The notes beneath the pieces were generated by a model. That model made no database searches and was not told the origin of the DNA. It saw nothing but the letters and a program-made list of their open reading frames with translations. Positions 29,987-38,421 of a DNA stretch of 64,000 nucleotides are shown here, in pieces. Within the stretch, counting starts at the first letter, position 1. The number at the start of each line of letters is the position of its first letter. The position numbers and the translations under genes were made by a program. Location: positions 124,001 through 188,000 of IMG/VR virus record IMGVR_UViG_3300042387_000948; one strand, 5' to 3'.

Positions 29987-30052
29987 CTATCCTTCTTTGT
30001 AATTCTTATTCATAAATAAATATTAAATTACAAATGAAACATAGTTTTGGAG

Positions 30053-32284
30053 TTATTTTTTAGCTTTACTCTGCAAACAATCTCTGATATCTTTACCAAA
30101 ATAACTTGCTACTTTTTGAGTAGTACCTGCGGTTCTCCACTGGTCATTAAATAATTCAACCTCCTTACCCTCATTCATTACACTTACCTTTTCACCACCA
30201 GGTGTTACTCTTGATTTTTTCAAAAGATGTTCTTTAAGTCCATTTTTACCTTCAGATGTACTTAAATCACCATTGTATCCACTTTGTTCAGCTATACAAT
30301 TTCTAATCATAGATGGTTTTACGCCATTAAAACCCATTTGTATTAACATTGCATCATCATCCGCATCATCTAAATCTATGTAAGTTCCCAAATGCATTGC
30401 ATCCATTACACCAGAAATATAAGCTTGGGTATGCTTCCCATTATCTGCATTTGGCTTTGTATCAGGATGATACCCATCAGGCTCATCATCTTTAAACAAT
30501 TGATTAGTTACTTCGGTATGAACGGCGGTTACAATATCTTTTTCAGTTTGCTTTATAGCTTTAGTTTCATCATTTACACCAAATTCTCCTAATTTAATTG
30601 CTATTTTTCCAAATGGTTCATATGGTAATCCTATTTGACCTAATGATTTAATAGGACCAACTTCGTTTCCATTATCATCTTTATAAAAAGTTCCCTCATC
30701 TTTTTCTACAATACGTGAATTTCCTTGCTCATCATATAATCTACTATTAGAATATTCGTTCATTAATTCTAATTTTTTGGAAGTGGGTAAATTTTTCCAA
30801 TCTTTTACTTTAGATTGGATGTATTTTGAAAATCTATGTTTACCATCGGTGGCAATGCCATCCAATACATTCATATAGTTTTTCATTTTTGGAGATTCAC
30901 ACGCACTAACTACCAAATCATCAATTTTAATTTTAGCTTGACTTTTTACAGTAGCTGCTGCAGCATTTGATACTTTTTGAATTCCCTCTTCAATTGTATT
31001 AGAAACCCCAACTGATACATCATCCCCAAATTTAATTTGCATTAATCTTAATCTTTGTGCTGGAGTTGTGTTGTTTTGTGGGTCTTTAACTTCTGAATCT
31101 TTTTTATTTGAAATACTAACTATTGCGGTTCTTCCATTTTTATCCTTTCCTATTGCAAATGTATCGTGATAACTTTTAAATTTTTTAAATAATTTTAATT
31201 GATGTGCATAATATTGCTTATCATCACCTTCGGATTTTACAACCATATCTTCTAAGTGAGCTTGAACTGCATCATTTAATTCTGTCGTTGATTGTACAAC
31301 TTTATGTGGTTGTGAAGTATCTAATTTAGATTCATTTAATCTGTTAATGGTTGATAACCCACCGGCATATGCAGCTCGCATCCATTCCATATACGCTTTT
31401 TCATTATTATCAAAACCTGTTTTTCCTGGTTTACTAAATACACTATCCGAATCCGATTGTGCTTTTTGTAAATTAACTTCCGCAAATACTTCTCTTTCGG
31501 CTAATATTGTTAAAAATTCATCACTATCTGATTTTAATCCCAATGATATAGCAAATTTTTTCTCTTCAACATTTAATTTTTTTCCTATTAATTCTTTTGT
31601 TTTTGTTTGTATTTTTTCTGAATTTTCTTTTTTAAATTCATCTAAATTATTAATTGAATTGCAGTATTTAGATTCACCCTCACTAGCCACAGGACCACCA
31701 GCCCCAGCTATACCTTTTTCTCTATTTAATTCAACCTCATTTTGGTATTTAGTTATTGTATCAAAATTACCTTCATTTAAGTCATTAACAATTTCTTGTT
31801 GAGTAGGTCCATTAGGTGCATCTTTATAATTTTTATTTTTGGTATCAAATCCACTTCTATCAACATTTGTAGCTTCTTCTTTTGATTTGGGTTGCTCTTT
31901 TGATTGAGGTTCTGCTTTTGGTTTTGGTGTTTGCTCCTCACCACCTCTTTGTGATTGGTAATCACCACCAAACAAATCCGAACCTGCTACTTTTTTAGGT
32001 TTATCTTCATCATCGGCTTTCATTGTGTGAGTTCCATCTTTTACAGCCGCATCTCTTGCTTCCTTTGATTTAAATACGGAAGTTTTACCTGTATCTTTTT
32101 TGGTTGCGGTAAATGTATCATCCGCTTCCATTAAATTTTTTAATAGTTCGTGTTTTATTTCACCCAACCCCATTTCGGTTAATACTAAAGATAGTTCGGT
32201 TAAATGTTTTGAGTTCTTTGGATTTGGCATACCATTATCCACTCTATAAGCCCACTCTTCTAATATATTGTTAATTAAAGACAT
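30053..32284 (-). CDS. Large hypothetical protein, possible internal head/ejection protein
   Basis: 743 aa; ILEEWAYRVDNGMPN N-terminus, LLKNLMEA, low-complexity linker. Confidence 0.6.
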   Translation of the reverse strand: MSLINNILEEWAYRVDNGMPNPKNSKHLTELSLVLTEMGLGEIKHELLKNLMEADDTFTATKKDTGKTSVFKSKEARDAAVKDGTHTMKADDEDKPKKVAGSDLFGGDYQSQRGGEEQTPKPKAEPQSKEQPKSKEEATNVDRSGFDTKNKNYKDAPNGPTQQEIVNDLNEGNFDTITKYQNEVELNREKGIAGAGGPVASEGESKYCNSINNLDEFKKENSEKIQTKTKELIGKKLNVEEKKFAISLGLKSDSDEFLTILAEREVFAEVNLQKAQSDSDSVFSKPGKTGFDNNEKAYMEWMRAAYAGGLSTINRLNESKLDTSQPHKVVQSTTELNDAVQAHLEDMVVKSEGDDKQYYAHQLKLFKKFKSYHDTFAIGKDKNGRTAIVSISNKKDSEVKDPQNNTTPAQRLRLMQIKFGDDVSVGVSNTIEEGIQKVSNAAAATVKSQAKIKIDDLVVSACESPKMKNYMNVLDGIATDGKHRFSKYIQSKVKDWKNLPTSKKLELMNEYSNSRLYDEQGNSRIVEKDEGTFYKDDNGNEVGPIKSLGQIGLPYEPFGKIAIKLGEFGVNDETKAIKQTEKDIVTAVHTEVTNQLFKDDEPDGYHPDTKPNADNGKHTQAYISGVMDAMHLGTYIDLDDADDDAMLIQMGFNGVKPSMIRNCIAEQSGYNGDLSTSEGKNGLKEHLLKKSRVTPGGEKVSVMNEGKEVELFNDQWRTAGTTQKVASYFGKDIRDCLQSKAKK

Positions 32285-32291
32285 TATTTTT

Positions 32292-32936
32292 CTATTTTAT
32301 TAGGTTATGCTTAACCAATTGTTTGAATAAGTATTCTGATATCTTCCTATCCGATGGAAAATGTACACCACTTAATTCTCTTACTCTTTTTATTTTGTGA
32401 TAAAATTTATCTATTTCTTCTGCCGCTTCGGGTTTTATTTTTCCAAAGTGATATAATGTTACTAAAAAATCTAATGAATGTCCTGATGGGTATGATGCCG
32501 AATTTGCATCGGTTGTTACTATTGCATACAATTCCAATCCCAATTCTCTTGCCAATTGATATGGTCTTGGGCGGTTGAATTTATCTTTAAGATAAAACAA
32601 TACCGGGTCTATATCAAAACACCAATTCTTTACCTGTTCGGTAGTGACATTTAATCCCAATTTTCTACCAGCTAATGCTAAAAAATCGTGATGATTATGC
32701 TCTAATAATTTACAAAATTTAAAGTCATCAGCATCAGCTTTTTTTGTAATTTCAACCAAATATTCTAATTCCTTTTTGGTTTCATCTGATGAATTGGTTG
32801 GAAATGGATGATTTTCTAATATATCCTTTACTATACCCTTATTAATACAATCCTGTAAGATACCAGCTCTATCAGCTTTTACCTTATCATCTTGCTCTTT
32901 GGGTGGATTACCAAATTTTATATCATCCAAATTCAT
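32292..32936 (-). CDS. PAP2 / vanadium-haloperoxidase-like acid phosphatase
   Basis: KDKFNRPRP, SYPSGH and R..SGVHFPSD catalytic motifs. Confidence 0.88.
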   Translation of the reverse strand: MNLDDIKFGNPPKEQDDKVKADRAGILQDCINKGIVKDILENHPFPTNSSDETKKELEYLVEITKKADADDFKFCKLLEHNHHDFLALAGRKLGLNVTTEQVKNWCFDIDPVLFYLKDKFNRPRPYQLARELGLELYAIVTTDANSASYPSGHSLDFLVTLYHFGKIKPEAAEEIDKFYHKIKRVRELSGVHFPSDRKISEYLFKQLVKHNLIK

Positions 32937-33018
32937 ATATATAAGTATTAATTGAAAAGAAACTCATTTCTAATCAAACATTTTGTTGTTGGTATGCTGC
33001 GGTTTAAATAACCTATAT

Positions 33019-33648
33019 TTATTTAAATTTAAATCCGGTCAATTTTTCTATTTGTGTAATCGGTACTTCGTTATTTTGGAATCCATCGGCCGGTGATAAA
33101 TCATTGTTGAATAGATATGCGTGCCATTTTCCTGCTACCTGAACTACTTTCCAGCATTGTGTAGGAACTGATACTAACCCTATTTTCTTTGCTTCACCAA
33201 CTGAACCACTCCATACTCTTACTTTTGAACTAATCATTGCCCAATTTCGGGTTGCAGTTTCTAATGATTTCCAATCCCCTGCATTTAATCTATGAGTTTG
33301 TGCTACCATATTACTAAAATAGAAACATTCATCCTGCACCGCTTGAGTTTGACAAAGGTTGTCCGCCGCCGGCATTACATGTCCTCTATCGTATCCACTT
33401 TTTAGGTAATAAAATGCAATATTAGTTTCATCTACCAATTGTGGGTCAGGTTTAAAGTTATCTTTTCTTTTTAGGGGTGTTGGACAACCTACCATTGCTT
33501 TTGTTGTTTCCCATTCCACTAATACTGGGTATCTTTTTGATTTACTGAAGTGTGTTGTGTAGTTTGTGTGTTTGATTACTACGATGTCTTGTGCTCTTAC
33601 AACAATTAATGTAAAAAAGAACAATAGAGATAAACCTAATTTTTTCAT
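33019..33648 (-). CDS. Non-specific DNA/RNA endonuclease (NucA family) with Sec signal peptide
   Basis: YDRGHVMPA, FYFSNMVAQ, LN.GDW..LE, ITQIEKLTG; N-terminal MKK + hydrophobic core + VRA/QD. Confidence 0.9.
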   Translation of the reverse strand: MKKLGLSLLFFFTLIVVRAQDIVVIKHTNYTTHFSKSKRYPVLVEWETTKAMVGCPTPLKRKDNFKPDPQLVDETNIAFYYLKSGYDRGHVMPAADNLCQTQAVQDECFYFSNMVAQTHRLNAGDWKSLETATRNWAMISSKVRVWSGSVGEAKKIGLVSVPTQCWKVVQVAGKWHAYLFNNDLSPADGFQNNEVPITQIEKLTGFKFK

Positions 33649-33689
33649 ATGTTATAGTATTGTTTTGTATATACTATAAATATGGTTTT

Positions 33690-34976
33690 CTACACTTTTC
33701 CATAATCCAAACCCCAACTTGCTTTGATTGGAAACCCACCCTCTTCAATGATTTCTTTCAAATCCTTAATCTTATTCTTATCCACATTCGTAGGAACATC
33801 AAATAGAAACGAGTCATAAGTATATAAACTAAATCCGATTCCACTATTTCTAATGTAATCTAATATCTTTTTCATCTTATCAATGTTCATTTCAGTCTCT
33901 AAGGCTTGTAGAAGATAGTTAAACACCTTTTGTGGATTTGAACCCTCTATCCAACTTAGGGGTATTCTACGATATTTGGTTTGTAGGTATCCGTTTTGTT
34001 GTGTTTCAATCCATAATCCATCTATGTAATCAGCTACTGCGTTTAGATATGGAATTTGACGGAATGTATCATCGATTCCCCCATATAGTAATTGGAATGT
34101 AATACCCTTACCCTCATTTACATCACATCCATATTGTTCGGCTAACCACTCATGCACATTACCATCCGGCATATCAAACTTAATCAACTTACCAATAAGA
34201 CGGGGGTGGTATGCATTATAATCCATTTGTAGGAATATCCCATCGGAAACGAAACACTCCCTACTACCATCCGATTTATTGAGAGCGGCATAGTTCACAC
34301 CACCATGTCGATTTGAAGGTCTACCCGTTACCGTAAATGGATTGTATTCCGTAAACACTTTACTATCATCTGTCAAATGTCTAATAGCTTGATTCCATCT
34401 ATCAGTAAATTTTTTCCTATCGACCCGAATCCCATATCCCTCCATTTCTGAAAGTGTGGGTATGAATGTTTGGTTATACCATCGATATGTGTTAGAATCT
34501 GAATTATTGGAATAGTATTTAATGAATTGTGGTTCTATTACTTCCACAATCTTCATTAAAGGAATGGATTGAATTAAGTCATCTCTATACCCTTTATGAG
34601 TTAGCGTTGATAATAAAGGATTTAAAGGTGCCTCATAATCAATAACCTCACCTGTCCTTACAAAGTATTCCGAATCTACATCATATAGATTTACCGAAAC
34701 ATAAAGAGAGTGTAATATTTTTTTCTTTTGGAATACCCACTTCTTACCATTGGTATTTAGTATCGATTTAACGTCCGATACTTTGATTGTAAGAGCATCT
34801 GCGTGTTGAATTGGTAAAACATACAACTCATCCAAACATCGTACCAGTATGAGAGAAAGATTAGTATGAAGAGGATGCTTTGAGTTATCAACCCATAGTG
34901 GATACCATATAGATACTTCGGTTTCCAGCTTATCTTTCAACCAATTTACTTCCTCTATGGATTCTATAACTTTCAT
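33690..34976 (-). CDS. Family A DNA polymerase-like protein
   Basis: TGRPS, motif A QMDYNAYHPRL, motif B KGITFQLLYG, motif C YTYDS. Start placed at ATG 34976 because the track's extra 9 codons overlap a promoter. Confidence 0.8.
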   Translation of the reverse strand: MKVIESIEEVNWLKDKLETEVSIWYPLWVDNSKHPLHTNLSLILVRCLDELYVLPIQHADALTIKVSDVKSILNTNGKKWVFQKKKILHSLYVSVNLYDVDSEYFVRTGEVIDYEAPLNPLLSTLTHKGYRDDLIQSIPLMKIVEVIEPQFIKYYSNNSDSNTYRWYNQTFIPTLSEMEGYGIRVDRKKFTDRWNQAIRHLTDDSKVFTEYNPFTVTGRPSNRHGGVNYAALNKSDGSRECFVSDGIFLQMDYNAYHPRLIGKLIKFDMPDGNVHEWLAEQYGCDVNEGKGITFQLLYGGIDDTFRQIPYLNAVADYIDGLWIETQQNGYLQTKYRRIPLSWIEGSNPQKVFNYLLQALETEMNIDKMKKILDYIRNSGIGFSLYTYDSFLFDVPTNVDKNKIKDLKEIIEEGGFPIKASWGLDYGKV

Positions 34977-34980
34977 TTTA

Positions 34981-35012
34981 CAAAGATACAAAAAAAATCC
35001 CACAATTCCAAA
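34981..35012 (-). promoter_or_regulatory. Bacteroidota-type promoter for the polA-like gene
   Basis: TTTGG-N19-TATCTTTG, 4 nt before the ATG. Confidence 0.8.
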
Positions 35013-35026
35013 TGGAAAAGTGGGAG
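34990..35026 (-). terminator. tmRNA terminator
   Basis: TCCCAC...TTCCA/TGGAA...GTGGGA followed by a T-run, directly after the CCA end. Confidence 0.7.
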
Positions 35027-35406
35027 TGGTGGAGATGGCGGGATTCGAACCCGCGTCCAGATAAGTTTCTAATGTAAATCGTTCACAAGTTTAGGATAGT
35101 GTTTTATCTTACTAACACTCCAAAAGAATTGGGGCCGAATGGTTAATTCAGCAGATTCCACCAATCCATTTTAAGTTTGGATAAACTTAAATGTTCACTT
35201 CTTTTTAAATCCCATGAGTGATACGGGAGCGATTAGGCAGCTACTGCGTAATCGAAAGACTCCATCCATGCCATAGCATCTCCGAAAGTCATTGTAGATA
35301 ATTCTACGTCTGCACTTATTGTTTGATAGGTCTTCAAAGGTTTCCATCTAACCTTACTTGCATCAATACAACCAGTCTTCATACCTGTCAAAAGCCGGTC
35401 ATCCCC
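35027..35406 (-). ncRNA. ssrA: tmRNA (one-piece, 380 nt)
   Basis: 5' GGGGATG pairs with 3' CATCTCC-ACCA, including G3.U; T arm GCGGGTTCGAATCCCGC; resume context AATAAGT-GCA; tag ORF 35313-35233 ADVELSTMTFGDAMAWMESFDYAVAA*. Confidence 0.95.
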
Positions 35407-35425
35407 ATATTTTAAAGAACTCTTA

Positions 35426-35457
35426 CAAATATACGATAAATATTTGTAATTTCCAAA
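35426..35457 (-). promoter_or_regulatory. Bacteroidota-type promoter of tmRNA
   Basis: TTTGG-N19-TATATTTG, 19 nt before the mature 5' end. Confidence 0.8.
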
Positions 35458-35811
35458 TTAATACTTATAAAATTGTAAATAGTTTAAAAGATATATTAAT
35501 ATTCCCTTCATTTTGTGTGAGGCTAGTTTAACTGATTTAAAATTTGATTCTTTTATTTGTTCAATAGTTCCATTTAATCTCCAATCTAATGTAATAGTTG
35601 TGTAGAAGGAATTATTGTTTAAATTAGAATATGTATTTAAATTAATTTCATATATGACAGAATTTGTATCATTTGTTTTTTGAGCAAAATATCTAGTTAT
35701 GTACCCTCTCTTATAATCAGTTTCCGAAATTATAGGAATGTGTGTATTAATTTTTTTTAAATTATAATCATCTGGTAATTGTACTATTTTTTTATATCTA
35801 GTTATATCCAT
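35458..35811 (-). CDS. Hypothetical protein (baseplate operon)
   Basis: 117 aa; DYKRGYITRYF. Confidence 0.65.
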   Translation of the reverse strand: MDITRYKKIVQLPDDYNLKKINTHIPIISETDYKRGYITRYFAQKTNDTNSVIYEINLNTYSNLNNNSFYTTITLDWRLNGTIEQIKESNFKSVKLASHKMKGILIYLLNYLQFYKY

Positions 35812-35825
35812 TTTATTTAGGTTTT

Positions 35826-38105
35826 TTATGCTGAAGGTAACTGTCTAAAACCACCACTTATTTCAGTTTTCCAAGTCATATCCGTAATTGTATGTTTTAC
35901 AGATAATACTTGAAAAAACCCACCAGTTTCATATTGTTCAGGTATTCCTTTAATTCTAAATTTATCTCCCCGCTTTATTCCACTAATACCATGTATTGTA
36001 AATGTGAAATTTATTGGAAATAGTATTGATACACTTGTTTTATTTAATTTTTCATCCGAACCAACTTTTATTGATTCAAATAAAGCTAAATCATCCAATG
36101 ATGCTATGTATGATTGGTCTGAAATATTATCCGAAACCGTATCTTTTGTTATCATAACTTTGGGAAATATACCAACTTTACTTAAAAATAATTGTAAGTT
36201 TTTTTCTTTTAATTTTTCCTCATCTTCATCACCTGCAACCGTTGATGGTGTTTTTTTTGGAAATGGTGATGCTTCAGCTCTTTTTATTTCAGTTAGTATT
36301 TTATCTTTTAAATTTTTTGCAAAAAGCTTACCAGTAACAGGTGGTTGTGATGAATTTACATTATTTGATAATCGTTGACCTATAATTTGATTCATTTTAG
36401 CTCCTGATATATTTAAATCCAAAGATGCATCCATAAATATTGATTTATTACCATATACATCAAATGCAATTGGTAATTCGGGAACTGCATTATTTTTTAA
36501 ATTTAAATCTACTACAACTAATTCTGTTACTTCTGGATTTTTGGGGTCTGTTGTCTCTATTATTTGATAATCCCAAATTCCACCGGCCGCAGATGCCATT
36601 CCATTTAAGATTTGATATAAAGCATCTTTAACATAAAAATTTTTTGTTTCTAATATACCTTTTACAAAATCAAAATTAACATACAAATCATCTAAAAATC
36701 CCCAATGTTCACCAGGAACATTAAGTGATTCAATTGTAGAATCTTTATATGATAGAATACCTTTATATGTTTGATTATCAGTTATAGCACCTTTTGATGG
36801 GAAATGTATATCCAATGCCTTTCCACCACTTGTCCCAATAACACTATTATTTAAAATTTCTTTATATTTTTTTTGTGGCGTTTTGGATTTTATAGCTGCC
36901 AATAAATCAAATTTTGGTGTTTTTGGATTTGGAATGAATAATTTTGATTTATTACAACTAAATATTTTAGGAAATGCACTTACAACAGTTCGTTCGGTAT
37001 TCACTTGCATTTTTACTTTCTTTCCTCCAATAACATAGTGGTCTATACCTATTGCATTTATTATTTTCATTAATGTACCAAATCTAATAAATTTATCAGG
37101 TCCAATTATTTCAGTACCAGATGGAAAACTTACAGATTCACTACCAACTGTTGCCGAATTTTCAAATATTCCCCATGCCCAACCATCCGTTTGATTGTTC
37201 ATTTCTTCTCTAACCGATTCATCAAAATTTATAAAATTGACTACATGTGCAACTTCCTTCGTATCTTTTATTAAACCATATACAGCATCCGTTCTTCTAT
37301 TTGATGGTAGTTGATTATACATCATCATAAAACGTTTTAAACCTAAATCTGTTTGAGCTGATATTTCAGCAGGGTCAAACTCATTTGCTGCTTCTTCTAA
37401 CTCTTCTGGTGTTTGGTCTGGTTTTGTATTATCTGCGGCTAAAAAGTATGCAGGTAATTCCGTAAATCCAGTACATTCTACACTTATTTCCCAAAATTGT
37501 CCACTTATAGCTATACTACCGCCTGTTATAAATCCCAAATAATTATCATATAAACCACCAGTTTCCTCTCTTCGTTGATTTACATTTTTAAAAGATTGAT
37601 TTTTTGCAACATAAGGAACACTTATTGCCTCAAACCCATTCATTGCTCTTCTTTCATTCCACCCCCATTCTAAAAATATAGTAAATCCAGGCTCTAAAAA
37701 AAATTTACATAATTCATTTAATTGACCCGGTGTGTATGCAGTTATTGTAAATTTTGCTTTTCTAGAAAGATTACCAGCTCCCTCATCTATTTCTATTGAG
37801 GTTACATTTGGCTTTGGTCTAAATGCTAAATCATTATAATCTATATAAGGTCTACCATCCCATGTTACTCCAATAGTTCCACTTGATGATTGATTACCAT
37901 ATATAGTACCAATAGACCTATCTCCAGCAGCTTCAAATATTGTAAAATTAGGATTTGAATATAGTATTAATCCAGAATCAACACCAGAAGCAATTCTAAC
38001 CCAAGCGTTTAAACCACTAATAGTTTCAATTGGGTTTGCAATTCTTCTATCCAATTCCGCTCTAGCGTATGGAGCAACATTTGAAAAATTAGGAAATCCT
38101 GACAT
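35826..38105 (-). CDS. Probable baseplate hub protein
   Basis: Position after the GpX/LysM gene; LEWGW and C-terminal GFFQVLSVKHTITDMTWKTEI, as in hub proteins. Confidence 0.6.
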   Translation of the reverse strand: MSGFPNFSNVAPYARAELDRRIANPIETISGLNAWVRIASGVDSGLILYSNPNFTIFEAAGDRSIGTIYGNQSSSGTIGVTWDGRPYIDYNDLAFRPKPNVTSIEIDEGAGNLSRKAKFTITAYTPGQLNELCKFFLEPGFTIFLEWGWNERRAMNGFEAISVPYVAKNQSFKNVNQRREETGGLYDNYLGFITGGSIAISGQFWEISVECTGFTELPAYFLAADNTKPDQTPEELEEAANEFDPAEISAQTDLGLKRFMMMYNQLPSNRRTDAVYGLIKDTKEVAHVVNFINFDESVREEMNNQTDGWAWGIFENSATVGSESVSFPSGTEIIGPDKFIRFGTLMKIINAIGIDHYVIGGKKVKMQVNTERTVVSAFPKIFSCNKSKLFIPNPKTPKFDLLAAIKSKTPQKKYKEILNNSVIGTSGGKALDIHFPSKGAITDNQTYKGILSYKDSTIESLNVPGEHWGFLDDLYVNFDFVKGILETKNFYVKDALYQILNGMASAAGGIWDYQIIETTDPKNPEVTELVVVDLNLKNNAVPELPIAFDVYGNKSIFMDASLDLNISGAKMNQIIGQRLSNNVNSSQPPVTGKLFAKNLKDKILTEIKRAEASPFPKKTPSTVAGDEDEEKLKEKNLQLFLSKVGIFPKVMITKDTVSDNISDQSYIASLDDLALFESIKVGSDEKLNKTSVSILFPINFTFTIHGISGIKRGDKFRIKGIPEQYETGGFFQVLSVKHTITDMTWKTEISGGFRQLPSA

Positions 38106-38111
38106 AACTTT

Positions 38112-38408
38112 TTAATTTATTTTAGTTTGATTTGATACTATTTCTATATAATTTAATGGTATCCTTAATATTGTACCATCTTCAAATCCAAATACCGCAT
38201 TATGTATGTTATTAGCCGATGCTATTATCCAACCTAATGTAGAATCTCTATAATAATCGTATGCTAATGTATCCAACCTATCACCGGTTTCAGTAGCAAC
38301 ATACAAATCATCATCTCTCAATGGTATGTTTGGATATATTTTTGGTTTATATACAGTTCTCCCATCAACAGTCTTTTTAGTTTCGTTATTTGAATATCTA
38401 CTTATCAT
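38112..38408 (-). CDS. Baseplate LysM/GpX-like protein
   Basis: GDRLDTLAYDYY..STLGWIIASAN...LRIP. Confidence 0.8.
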   Translation of the reverse strand: MISRYSNNETKKTVDGRTVYKPKIYPNIPLRDDDLYVATETGDRLDTLAYDYYRDSTLGWIIASANNIHNAVFGFEDGTILRIPLNYIEIVSNQTKIN

Positions 38409-38421
38409 TTTAATTATTTAT

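Noticed and set aside
34977-35003. N-terminal extension MGFFLYLCK of the polA-like ORF
   Set aside because: It is the translated promoter and terminator sequence; the ATG at 34976 is the better start.
35027-35070. Apparent isolated tRNA (T-arm GGTTCGAATCCC plus CCA)
   Set aside because: No anticodon arm; it is the 3' half of the tmRNA tRNA-like domain.
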